Below, one piece after another: positions 1 through 13,838 of a stretch of 64,000 bases of DNA (position 1 is its first letter; each line of letters opens with the position of its first letter). Made by a program: the position numbers and the translations under genes. The notes beneath the pieces were generated by a model that had not been told where the DNA came from, ran no database searches, and saw nothing but the letters and a program-made list of their open reading frames with translations. This DNA is from Octopus vulgaris (Eukaryota), in contig OX597828.1 in NCBI GenBank assembly GCA_951406725.2, positions 64,294,001-64,358,000 of the forward strand, in the 5' to 3' direction.

Positions 1-352
1 TAGAATTCGCAAAACGAGGAAGGAAAATGCTAATTCGAAGACTACAGGTCCAATGCATCACTGGAACTGTAAACATCTGTAAAACTTTCCAGAAGTTTAT
101 CATTTAAGTATATATGAGCATGTCTTGATATGTAACTATATTCCATGAGGAGACATACATAAAACAAAACATACAAATCTGTACGCATACATACATACAT
201 ACATACATACATACATACATACATACATACATACATACATACATACATACATACATACACTGTTGTTGATGCTGAAATTCCAGTGAATGAGTCTTGGATC
301 CAGTTTAGAAACCGGCTCTTTATCAGCAAGAAATCTTGAAATAAAACTGAAC
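1..352 (+). mobile_element. 3' end of an RLE-type non-LTR retrotransposon with (CATA)n in its 3' region
   Basis: The + frame reads ...LIRRLQVQCITGTVNICKTFQKFII* (stop 105-107), nearly identical to the minus-strand ORF end at 25870-26085. It is followed by a UTR, (CATA)n and AATAAA. Confidence 0.7.
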
Positions 353-872
353 AGTGACATGCGTACATATATATATGATGAGTTGTTTTCCGAATTGGGC
401 TGTAAAGGAGATCACCGGGGATCGAAACCTGATTGCCTCTCTAAGTTAGTCAGTATATTACACACTGCTTCTTGATGTATGGAGTACTTTATTGTAAATA
501 GAAATCCCATAATCTTACGGACAAACACAAATGTATATTATACGTACTTATATATATATAATTACATACATATTAACAGACAAGCATGCACGTACACACT
601 GCATCTGCGCATATGCATATAGATACACATACGCATAAATAATGTGTGACTATATATATATATATATACAGTAAGAACTAATATTTGTCTCTTCTAATAG
701 AAACAAAAGGGTTTATAAGACTGCAAAAGAAGTGCTCAAATATAAATGAGACGAAGATAAAGAAGCATCGGTTATAGAACAAACATTAAATTTGAGCCAA
801 CGATTTTCTATATAACACCATACCTCAAACATTTAATCATATATATAAAAAAACACCGTGGTTCCCAAACAC

Positions 873-1299
873 GGATCTTTTCGGTTTGAACGGCAGTTTA
901 TTCTAGCGGTTTCATATGAAATTGTCACCCATAATTATGACCCTAGTATCCATTTATTGCATTTCAATCTGTTTTAGGGTTAGGGTTAGTTAGGGTTAGG
1001 GGTGGGGGAAGGGTATCTTTTTTTCTTCACAAATGCAAATAAACCCAATCTGTTTCTTAAACGAGGGACATACTCATACGGTACAGAATGTTTTTTTTAC
1101 CTCAATGGACGTCATTGATTGGTTGAAATTGCAGAAATTGAAGAAAAAAACAACAAATATCTTACAAACTATAGAATTTTCTCAATAAAGCCAAGAGAAA
1201 AAGATGTTTTATAAACACATTCAACCAGTATACGAAGTTTAAAATTTTTTGGTTACCTAGAAATTATGTTAAAAACTGCCGTTCAAACCGAAAAGATTC
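873..1299. mobile_element. MITE with GGATC-starting TIRs, 8-bp TSD and internal TTAGGG repeats (Merlin-like by inference)
   Basis: TIRs GGATCTTTTCGGTTTGAACGGCAGTTT / AAACTGCCGTTCAAACCGAAAAGATTC; flanking direct repeat ccaaacac (865-872, 1300-1307); ttagggttagggttagttagggttaggg at ~975-1001. Confidence 0.85.
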
Positions 1300-1511
1300 C
1301 CAAACACATAAAAATAATAAATATACATAAAAATCACAGAAGATAAAAGTATATAATCGAATAAAATACAAATAGAACGGCCAATCAGAAATGTTAAATA
1401 TAACCTGCTAAAAATTCAAAAACTACCAAAATAAACCTAATAGACAAATAGAAAAAAAGTAAATATAAAAATAAAATAAAATAAAATATTTGAAAAAGTC
1501 TTTGACTTCCC

Positions 1512-2351
1512 GGATCTTTTCCTTTTGAACGGCACTTTGTAACATAATTTCTAGGTAACTAAAAAGTTTTATTCTTCGTATACTGATAGAATGTGTTTAT
1601 AAAACATAATTTTTTCTCTTGGCTTTATTGAGAAAATTCTATAGTTTGTAAGATATTTCGTTTTTAATTTCGAGCGTTTCGGCAATTTTAACCAATCGCT
1701 GACGTCCATTTAGGTAAATAACATTCTCTGCATAATGAATGTGTCCCTCGTTTAAGAAACAGATTGGGTTTATTTACATTTGTGAAGAAAAAAAGATACC
1801 CTTCCCCAACCTCTAACCCTAACTCTAACCCTAACTAACCAAATCTAACCCTAAATCTAAAATAGATTGAAATGCAATAGATTCAATACTAGGGCCATAA
1901 TTATGGGTGACATTTTCATTTGACACCGCTAGAAAAAAATCCCATTTTCCGTAGCGGTGTCGTATGAAATTGTCATCCATAATTATAACCCTAGTATCGA
2001 TCTATTGCATTTGAATCTATTTTAGATTTAGGTTTAGAGTTAGGGTTCGTTAGGGTTAGGGGAAGGGTATCTGTTTTCTTCACAAATGTAAATAAACCCA
2101 ATCTGTTTCTTAAACGAGGGACATATTCATTATGCACAGAATGTTATTTACCTAAATGGACGTCAGCGATTGGTTAAAATTGCCGAAATGCAAGTAATTT
2201 CAGACGAAATATCTTACAAACTATATAATTTTCTCAATAAAGCCAAGAGAAAATGATGTTTTATAAACACATTCTACCAGTATACGAAGTTTAAAACTTT
2301 TTAGTTACCTAGAAATTATGTTACAAAGTGCCGTTCAAAAGAAAAAGATCC
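1512..2351. mobile_element. Palindromic (head-to-head) double version of the same GGATC-TIR MITE family
   Basis: Starts GGATCTTTTCCTTTTGAACGGCAC and ends GTGCCGTTCAAAAGAAAAAGATCC. 1512-~1931 is the reverse complement of ~1952-2351. TSD gacttccc/gacttacc (1 mismatch). Confidence 0.85.
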
Positions 2352-3344
2352 GACTTACCTTATACGAGTACGTCCAAAGTTCATAAGTAAACAGGCTTCC
2401 ACGGGTCAAATTCACATACATTTTGAGAAAAAGTCTTTTACTCGCTCCACACAAGTACGTCCAAAAGTTCATAACGAGCAAACTTCACAGGTCAAATTCA
2501 ACATTCTCATATATCTATGGTCATTTCGATAGCTCACCAGGATATAAACAGGACACAGGAGACACCCACAGACGAAAATTTTTTAAGAAAAATCTTATAC
2601 TTTTTTATGAAATGCTTATATAATTTAAAAACGGACGAGTCCAATTTTTCTAATAAAAAAAAAGTCTATTCCTAAACATTTAGGTGGTTGTAGTTAACAG
2701 AAATTCAACGTCGCCGGTTTCAAATCCCCGTAACGCTAAACAATTTTATTTACTTTTATTTCTATACACTTTCGAAAAGGTGGACGAAAACCTATATTTT
2801 AATCATCTGATAAAACTTTTTTAGTCGGTGGATATTTTTTTTATTTTTACCTTTACTTTTTTTATATTTCTCTGTTAGGTTTTTTGGTAGTTTTTGAATT
2901 TTTAGCCGTTTATATTTAACTTTTTTGATTAGCCGTTCTATTTGTATTTTATTTGATTATATATTTTTACCTTCTGTGATTTTTATGTATATTTATAATT
3001 TTTTATGCGTTTGGGAACCATGGGGATTTTTTATATATGATTAAATGTTTGAAGGGGTGGTGTTGTATGTACAATCCCACTCACTAAGCAACAGCAGCCA
3101 TAATCCGAAAAGAAGAACAAGTCAACATCATCGGTAACCACTGAGCTGCAGGTTTTATGTCGGAGTTATCCCAGTTACCTGAGTTACCTTCTCCTAGAAG
3201 GATGTCCTAACAAAGGCTGGGAGTCCTTCACTCCCAATGGTTTAACCACGCGATCGGGTATTCAGTCCGATTATTTCTATGTCTCCGCGCATGATACAGC
3301 CTTAAGACATTTATTGGATGGCCGTTGACTCTCAAGAGTTCCTC

Positions 3345-3731
3345 CGCCCTTTGACAGGTTTTGTTGACTGTTCTTTGAGACACTTCTCTACAGTTTTCAC
3401 TTCCTCGTCACTGGAATAATTTAGCGCCTTCAGACTATCATCTCTTCGGCCCCATGAAAGAGGGTTTGAGGGGCAAACATTATTCCAGTGACGAGGAAGT
3501 GAAAACTGTAGTGAAGAAGTGGCTCAAAGAACAGACAACAGAATTTTACGGGGCAGGGATTTATGCTCTCATTCGAAGGAGGAATATTGCTATTGAGAGA
3601 AATGGTGACTATGTTGAAGTAGGGATGTGATCCACAGAGGACCAACTTCATTTTGATGTATGATACATGTTCCTGTGTTGGTGATTGTACCCGTCCTAAA
3701 CAAAATGGTATTACTTTTTGACTCACCCTCG
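3345..3731 (+). mobile_element. mariner (DD34D-type) transposase C-terminal remnant with right TIR
   Basis: From 3421 the + strand reads LAPSDYHLFGPMKEGLRGKHYSSDEEVKTVVKKWLKEQ. It ends ttactttttgactcaccctcg followed by TA. Confidence 0.85.
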
Positions 3732-3735
3732 TATA

Positions 3736-4140
3736 TTCTTTTATTCTTTTACTTGTTTCAGTAATTTTGACTGCGGTCATGCTGGAACACCGCCTTTAGT
3801 CGAACAAATCGACCCCAGGACTTATTCTTTGTAAGCCTAATTCTACAGGTTTCTTTTGCCGAACCGCTATATTACGGGGACGTAAACACACCAACATCGT
3901 TTGTCAAGCGATGGTGGGGGACAAACACAGACGCACAAATACACACACACACACACATACACATATATATATATATACACATGACGGCTTCTTTCAGTTT
4001 CCGTCTACCAAATCCACTCACAAGGCTTTGGTCGGCCCGAGGCTCTGGTAGTAGAAACTTTCCCAAGATTACACGCAGTGGGATTGAGCCCAGGACTACG
4101 TAGTTGGGTAGCAATCTTCTTACCATACAGCCACTCCTAT
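3736..4140 (-). mobile_element. tRNA-derived SINE family A (CORE-like domain, internal (TG)n)
   Basis: Minus-strand head aggagtggctgtatggtaagaag, core cttgggaaag..., tail gaaacaagtaaaaga; homologous to 29588-29980 and 37050-37455. Confidence 0.85.
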
Positions 4141-4152
4141 ACATATATATAC

Positions 4153-4240
<88 letters not shown>

Positions 4241-4315
4241 TAGGGAGTATATCCAAACTTACAGGGAAAAATTAGATTTAGGATTAAATCAAATTTCACA
4301 GTATAAATATAAATT

Positions 4316-4655
4316 AAATTAGAGATAAAACCACTATTAGGCAACTGAAACAGTGATAGACATAAACCAAAATATAAAATTCAAAACATAAATATAATTA
4401 ATATAATATACAAAATATATATAAAATATAAAATTTAAAATTTAAATTATTGAAATTTGAAATTAAAATATAAAAAATATAAAAAATTATAAATGTATAT
4501 TGAAAAATTTCAAATTTCAATGATTCAGATTTTAAATTTTATATTTTATATATATTTTGTATATTATATTAATTATATTTATGTTTTGTTTTTTTATGTT
4601 TTGGTTTATGTCTATCACTGTTTGAGTTGCCTAATAGTGGTTTTATCTCTAATTT
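4316..4655. repeat. AT-rich palindrome (~160-bp arms)
   Basis: aaattagagataaaaccactattaggcaac...gttgcctaatagtggttttatctctaattt; a further single arm lies at ~6050-6110. Confidence 0.85.
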
Positions 4656-4668
4656 TATATATATATAT

Positions 4669-4978
4669 AAACATACGGACAGAGGGCTGATACAAAGACG
4701 GACCGGAAAACCAGAAACATTCGTGGATTTCTATTCATCAGTCGAGCTTCCATCATCATTAGTTTCGTTATCATTTTTTATCTTTTACTTGTTTCAGATA
4801 TTGGATTGCTTGCACCTGTTCAAAAAGACCCTTCCTGCGCCTATATATCTGAAACAAGTAAACGATAAAAGATTATAACGAAACTAATGATGATTGGAAG
4901 TTCGACTGATGAATAGAAATCCACGAATGCTTCTGGTTTTCCGGTCCGTCTTTGTATCGGCCCTCTGTCCGTATGTTT
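4669..4978. repeat. Palindromic element (~130-bp arms) containing a degenerate CTGATGA hammerhead-like core
   Basis: acatacggacagagggc...cgaaac at left versus its reverse complement at 4843-4978; CTGATGA at 4906-4912. Confidence 0.8.
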
Positions 4979-5027
4979 TCATTGTCGTCCGTTACGTACT
5001 TGTTCCGTTTTTTGAAAATGTTTATAT

Positions 5028-5460
5028 ATTTGTCCTAAGCCACTTTGACTATTGCCCTCAGCTATGGTCACCAACCAGTGTCAACTTAATCTCAGAACTT
5101 GAGGCAATCCAACGAAGCTACACGAAGAATATAACCTCTATGCAGCATATAAGCTATTGGGAAAGACTCAAGAGATTATGACTCTATTCCTTAGAGCGTA
5201 GGCGAGAAAGATCTGCCATAATATACATCTGGAAGATCCTGAAAGGACTTGTCCCAAACTTTGGCATCGAGAGTTACACAAATACTAGAACTGGGCACCA
5301 CTGCATGGTGCCAAGGACTCCAAATTTGCCATCAAGATGTAGGACAAGCAAGTGCAATACTCTGGGCTTCAGAGGTCAACATCTCTTCAATATCCTCCCG
5401 AAGGAGCTGAGAGACGTGCATGGGGTGGATGTAGGTGCCTTCAAAATAAAGCTGGACCCC
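5028..5460 (+). mobile_element. CR1/L2-clade LINE ORF2 C-terminal fragment
   Basis: SHFDYCPQLWSP...LEAIQRSYTK...ISYWERLKRL*LYSLERRR and LFNILPKELRD are typical post-RT CR1-group motifs. Confidence 0.8.
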
Positions 5461-5464
5461 TCAC

Positions 5465-5665
5465 TGGCCTATTCGCATCTATCTTTCTGTCAGTTTGAAT
5501 GATGAAGTTCCAGTGGAGTAAGATGTGGTCATTTTCAAAAACTAGAGGTGGTTTTTGTTCCCACCAGTTTTAATCATGGGGCAGATCCAGGTTTTTGCAG
5601 ATTACCTAGTGAATATACTGTGCTGCTCTATCATGCCTGCTGAGATACGCTGTCCCAGATGAGTC
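5465..5665 (-). mobile_element. Internal fragment of the R4/Dong-like LINE seen at 7396-8670
   Basis: Near-identical to ~7878-8065 (ctggcctattcgcatctatctttctgtcagtttgaat...). Confidence 0.8.
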
Positions 5666-5920
5666 AACTTCGTTGTAGGAGGTGCAGCTGAGGGCAGCAA
5701 CATCAAACTCCTTCATGCATCAAATGTCAATTCCTAAAAAGCATTCGTGAAGTAAAATTATGTAGCAACACTAAATGGCATGTCCCAGCATGGCTACAGC
5801 TAGTGAGCTGAAACTAGATATCATATCTATATGTGTTTTACTCTTTATCTTTTATTAAACTTTTAATACTTTTGATATTTATAAATTAATTAATATATAA
5901 AATAATATATAAATATAAAA

Positions 5921-5983
<63 letters not shown>

Positions 5984-6107
5984 AAATTTATAAGTTTAAA
6001 TTATTTAAATAATTTTAAATTTTAACTTTTATATTTTAAAATTAATTTTATGTATTTTATGTTTTTCGCTGTTTGATTTGCCTAATAGTGGTTTTATCTC
6101 TAATTTA

Positions 6108-6181
<74 letters not shown>

Positions 6182-6287
6182 AATTAGATGTAAGAAGTAA
6201 AAGTCTAAGACATTTCAATTTTAGAGGGGATTTAATAAAAATGATTTTAAATATTTAATAAAAATGATTTTAAATATTATATAAGAA

Positions 6288-6327
6288 AATATTACCGGTT
6301 TCGATGTATCCCATCTTATCAAATATC
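6288..6327 (-). ncRNA. Minimal type I hammerhead ribozyme-like motif, U3-A8 core variant
   Basis: Minus strand: gatat-TTGATAA-gatg ggata catc-GAAAC-cg-GTA-atatt; all three stems pair and stem III is palindromic (ACCGGT). Confidence 0.65.
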
Positions 6328-6366
6328 AGTAAAAATTTATAAAAATCTGATTTGTATTGATCTCTA

Positions 6367-6448
<82 letters not shown>

Positions 6449-7322
6449 ACGTGTGTGTGTGTGCATGTATGTACGTATATAGTATGTATGCGTAGATGTA
6501 TGCATGCTTAGGAATATAATATTCGTTCTGGCTATGTAGTAAGAAAGAAAGTTATGAGTATTTCCTTTGGTTTTCACAGAGACGACAAGTTGGCTATATC
6601 TTAATATGTCATAAGACATAATTTAGATACAATCAGAAGCGCTTTATTCAAATCTTCAGCCATTTCGACATAAAAATAACTTCTGCAACGAAATTAATCA
6701 ATTTCTTAATGATTATCCTCAATTTATATACAAATTTATAAATACTTTTGAAGAAACTGAACCAAGGTTTCACATGCATTTATTTGAGTTTTAGTGAGCT
6801 TTACTTTTTAGAAAATATATAATTTTCAGTAGCAGGATTTTTAATTAGACATCTATTTAAAAAAGTGTCCGATAGTAAAGCTTCTAATGTGATAAAAAAA
6901 AAAATCCCAGTAAAGATGGAATACGAAAGCATGTTTGCAAGTCGTTCTTCTTAACCGCAAATACATCTTTACACCGATGTTTCTATAAATAATTACATTA
7001 CCACGGCATCGTCACGGTTGGAATGGCTTTGATTATAGTTATAATCAGTCATGTTAGGTCTGGGACTTAACAACAATAACAGCAACACATTAACTATGTC
7101 TTATCTGCAAATGGCCGAGTCAATAATGTTACTTAGCAACCACCTGTAAGATTACATTTGTTTCTTGCTTTGCCCTCATAACATCATTTTATTATATATA
7201 AATCCCTTGTCTTTGTATTGTCGCCCTCCTCCTTCGCCCTGGGGGCAAATAAGAGTAATTATTATTATTATTGTTGTTGTTGTTGTTGCTGCTGCTGCTG
7301 CTGCTGTTGTTGTTGTTATTAA

Positions 7323-7378
<56 letters not shown>

Positions 7379-7395
7379 GTAGTAGTAGTAGTATT

Positions 7396-8670
7396 AGTAT
7401 TGTTTTATGTTTGACTTTTGCTTTGTATTTGTTCAAGTTGGCTCCAAGTCTCACCCAGAGACCTCAAGAGACAACAAGTTAGAAGTTCAAATTGGTGTCA
7501 TATATTTGGTTTTGCACCAAATGTTTAAGAAAAAATAAGAAAATTAGAATTTTGTTTTAAAACTTGAGATTACATAGACAGTATTTTACGCAGGATATGG
7601 GCAGTTTCCATGAGTATTATCTTTTGAATTTCTGCAATTTTGGCGTTTCCTGGTATCTGAGCTAGGTAGGAATCAGCCCCGTTTGCTATCATTCCTAGGG
7701 CACCTATGACAACAGGTATTGTTTTCGTCTTGAGGTTTCATATTTTGTGAATTTTTATTTCAAGATCTTTATATTTACTCAGTTTTTGGTAGGTCTTGAC
7801 AGATACATTTATATCGACTGGGACACTCATATCAATGAGGAGGCATGATTTTTGTCTGAAGTCTTTCAATATAATGTCTGGCCTATTCGCATCTATCTTT
7901 CTGTCAGTTTGAATGGTGAAGTTCCAGTGGAGTAAGATGTGGTCATTTTCAAGCACTAGAGGTGGTTTTTGTTCAAACCAGTTTTAATCATGGGGCAGAT
8001 CCAGGTTTTTGCAGATTATCTAATGAATATACTGTGCTGCTCTATCATGCCTGCTGAGATACGCTGTAGGCGCAAGAAGACTGCAGTTGGAGACAACATG
8101 ATCAATGGTTTCATTTTGTTGTTTACATACACGACATGGTGGGTAGCTGCCATTCTTTAATATGTTGGCCTGGTAGCTCCTTGTAGGTAGACATTGATCT
8201 TCGGCTGCTTTCATCAACCCTTCTGTTTCTGATTCTAAGCCAGAAGACACTAACCATTGATGGGTAAGGGCTTTGTCAACATTATTAGCTCTCTTTAGGT
8301 ATTTGCCATTGAGAGGTTTTTCTTGCCATTTATCAGTAAAAATGTCTAAGGCAGCAGTTTTAGCACGGGTTTTCATACTCTTAGATTTTTTTGCGCTTGT
8401 TTCTAGAACGTCTAATTCTGGAATTAGTTATATTTGGAATTCACTTAGATATTCCTTTGCCTGTTTCGTTTTCATGCCTGAAAACAAGTTTTAACATCCA
8501 GTCATCAAAGTTTTTCAGGTAGGTGTTTAGGCCAATTGTGGCAATCTTCATTGGTAATTCCAGTTGTAAGAGTTCACGGCCACCCTCTTTTCTTGGCAGG
8601 TAAAGTCGTTCTATATCTGCCTTTGGGTGGTGCATTCTATGCATTGTCAACAATTTTCGTATTTTCTTTT
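7396..8670 (-). mobile_element. R4/Dong-like RLE non-LTR retrotransposon, 5'-truncated and degenerate
   Basis: HPKADIERLYLPRKEGGR (RT thumb), CRVCKQQNETIDHVVSNC (CCHC), RHD, NRPDII...LLIDMSVP...KYKDL (restriction-like endonuclease); 3' end abuts (TAA)n. Confidence 0.9.
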
Positions 8671-8671
8671 A

Positions 8672-9724
<1,053 letters not shown>

Positions 9725-10126
9725 CCCTCCTCTACCATTCATTCAATTGCAGCGGCAGCAATAATAATGGCGATAATAATCCGAGTCACCTGTTTTCTAT
9801 GAAAACATTGCTTTTGGAAATTGTGAAAAGGTTTCATTTTTTTGTTATAACTATTGTTTTTTTTTAATTTTTAATTTTGTTTTTAGAAATAACAGTCAAA
9901 TAACTCTATCTGTCGTTACGGTAAATAAGAGAATGGAGAGAAGGGCGGAGCATTCGGGACTTGTTTTATTTAATTGTTGTTATGGCAGTATTATTATTGT
10001 TGTTGTTGTTGTTGTTAAATTTTAGTGGGCACAAATAGGGAGAGGAAAACGTTCGAAATAAAGAATAATGAACGGAAAGTATTTAAATATCATACACACA
10101 CACATATGTATACATATGTGTGTGTG

Positions 10127-10172
<46 letters not shown>

Positions 10173-10366
10173 TATGTATGTGTATAAATAAAACAAAGTT
10201 AATTACCCAAAATAAAAACGGTTACGGCCGTGGTGTTGGGAGTTTGCATTGGGCGACATTTTAAAAAAAGCATTTGCATATTGGCGAATTATGATTAGTA
10301 AAAAGAGAGAAAGTAATTAACGGATAAGAAAGGACCAAACAGCTAACGAGTGTAATAATAATAATG

Positions 10367-10446
<80 letters not shown>

Positions 10447-10598
10447 TTTTATTTCATTTCTTGCCTCGCCGCCGCTCCTCTTCTCTTTTATTCTCTTCTC
10501 TTGTAACCCACCCTCCCTCACACATTGTAACCTGTCCTTGTAGTGTCCCCTTTATTGGATTCCCCTGAGGCGAATAAAAGTAACCAACATCATCACCG

Positions 10599-10640
<42 letters not shown>

Positions 10641-10721
10641 ATGTCACTACCATTATCATCATCGTTATTATTGCTGTTGTTAGTGCTACAGCTACGACAT
10701 TTAGCAGCAGCAGCAGCAGTT

Positions 10722-10773
<52 letters not shown>

Positions 10774-11367
10774 ATTTCAGAGAATGTTGAGGACCAGAGC
10801 AACGACAATAAGGACGATAGAGGAAAGAGAGGAAGACGAGGAAGATAAGAATGGGGAAGAGGAGGAGGGAGAGGAGAGGGAGGAGGAGGAAGAGGAAGCG
10901 GAAAAGAAGGAGGAGGAAGAGGAGAAGAAGAAGATGATGATGATGACGACGACGACGACGACGATGATGATGAAACAGTACAACACTAGGATAAACAAAC
11001 GAGTTAATAACAATGACAATCTCAACAGCAATTAATCCATCGACAACAACAACAACAACTTGTGCTAATAGAGCTGCTGCTGCGGCCACTGTTGCTGCCG
11101 GAATAATCACAGCAATCATAAATGCAACAGTAACAAAAGTGAGAAGAACGATTTCAAAAGCAACGAGATTGAAAATGGCTGAAAGAAGAACTAAAAGAGA
11201 ACAGTGAGAGAAAAAGTGATACATTTGTCAAAATTTGCTGCCCTTGGCTAATCCCGCCGCCGAGAGGGGGAGCTAGCTATGTTTGAACAGTTAATGAAAG
11301 TTCTATTCTGTTTTATTCAATGAAATAACTCATTTTATGATTTTATTTCACCTGGTCGGTCGGTCTG

Positions 11368-11785
<418 letters not shown>

Positions 11786-12023
11786 AAAATAATTTTTTAC
11801 ATTCTCCTAATCCTTCCCTTTCATTCTCTTCATTCACGTTTTCCTCAGCATTTCCCTCGTTTTCGTTAAGTCTAACTTATTCTTGTACTTTTCAACTTCA
11901 TTCACCCCGCGACTCCGATTGTTCATAAGTGTATTTGTCTAATTGTGTATGTGTATGTGTGTTTGTGTCTGTGTCTGTGTGTCTCTGTGTGTGCGTTTGC
12001 GTGTGTGTGTGTGTGTGTATGAA

Positions 12024-12057
<34 letters not shown>

Positions 12058-12448
12058 CATATATATATATACACACACACACAGACACACATTCACATGT
12101 GTATGCGCTCATGTGTGCGTGTGTTTGTGTGTGTGTATCATAGCTTAGTATAGTGAGAGGGTGCGGTGAGGTTGTGAGGAGCAGGAAAGGTCATTGAATC
12201 TATGAGGACACAATGAACCGTGGGTCCACACGATCAGCAAGTGAACACTTGTCTTTAGACTGGTCAAACGATCTTTCGTTGTTGAACAGAACCGTAACTC
12301 ACTTTCAAAACTGGACGGGAAACATACAAAATACATTGGAGAAACAAAGCAGACGTGTGTGTGTGTATGTGTGTATGGCTTATGTTATCAATATATGTGT
12401 ATATATGTATGCATGTATCTATCTATATCCATTTATCTATCTAGTATG

Positions 12449-12483
<35 letters not shown>

Positions 12484-12958
12484 ATATATGTATATGTGTG
12501 TGTGTGTATTGTGTGTGTGTGTATACGTAAATATGTATGCGTTTGAATTTACATGTGTGCATATATAGAGAGAGGGGGGAAAGAAACAATAAGAAGAGAA
12601 GAGAGAATAAGAATGGGAGAGAGAGAGAGAGTGATAGATACATAGATGCATATATTTATAGATATCAAATCAAAACAAGAAAAACATCAACACTTAAGAA
12701 AATAATAAAAAAAAAAAGAGCAGTAAAAATATTTTCCTTTTCTCTGAAGATCGAAATAAAATTCACTGAAACGTAAATTTATTGCACAACCTTTATATTT
12801 ATGTCTATAGTTTGCTACTTATGCCTTTGGCTGGCGTTATTTTAAATTTATGTCATATCTGCGCTCCACCCTTTTTGTTTTGTTGTGGCCATCATGTTTA
12901 TTGTTTTCACTTTTGCCTTTTTATAGTTTTGAAGGCGGAGTTCCTCTGCCTTTGTGTG

Positions 12959-13009
<51 letters not shown>

Positions 13010-13695
13010 GTGTGTGTGTTAAATTAATGTGTGCATATATATATATATAACTGTAAGTCTGTATGTATTTATATTTGTGGAGTTTCTCTATATTTATTCA
13101 TTGCTCATTATTATATATTAATTTTCCCGTTAATGTTGTTATTGTTGATGTTGTTGTTGTCGTTATTATTATATGTCTATGTATGCATGATTTTTTGGGC
13201 TTAATAAATATTTGATCATTCAGCGTTCGGTTATGTCATTATGTTTTTTCTTATCTTTGTCATTGATGATGATGATGACAAAGACGACAACGACGATGAT
13301 GATAATGATGATGATCACGATGATGATGATGATGATGATGATAATTATGATGAGGATGATGTTATATTAAAGAATGTAAAACAATGAATAAATGAATGAG
13401 AACGGACGTATTATTGTTGTTGCTGACGCTGCTGTTGTCCTTCTTCTTCTTCTTCTTTTCTTCTTCTTCTTCTTCTTCTTCTTCTTCTTCTTCTTCTTCT
13501 TCTTCTTCTTCTTCTTCTTCTTCTTCTTCTTCTTCTTCTTCCCATCCTCGTCACGTAAAGTTCTGTTAAGAATTTAGTACCAGGATTTAGTAAAATGGAC
13601 TTGTTTGATAAACGTGATGAAATGCTTTATTCCTGTTTTGTGTTCATAGACACACACTCACACACACATACACATATGCGCACACTCAGATATTC

Positions 13696-13838
<143 letters not shown>

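Larger units (their letters stand above)
810..3068. repeat. Large AT-rich inverted repeat (left arm ~810-1490 interrupted by a MITE; right arm ~2830-3068)
   Basis: The reverse complement of 2830-3068 aligns with 810-872 plus 1308-1490, e.g. ggttcccaaac(a/g)cataaaa...aatacaaatagaacgg...aaaaattcaaaaactaccaaa. Confidence 0.8.

Noticed and set aside
975-2062. Interstitial telomere or chromosome-fusion scar suggested by TTAGGG/CCCTAA tracts
   Set aside because: The tracts are short and lie at the same internal position of a TIR/TSD-bounded MITE.
10454-11224. 256-aa low-complexity ORF
   Set aside because: It is composed of successive trinucleotide repeats and is open on both strands for the same reason.
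12213-12352. Unique sequence with a short ORF (MNRGSTRSASEHLSLDW...) as a host exon
   Set aside because: No domain similarity that I recognise and no convincing splice signals; the same applies to 32400-32520.
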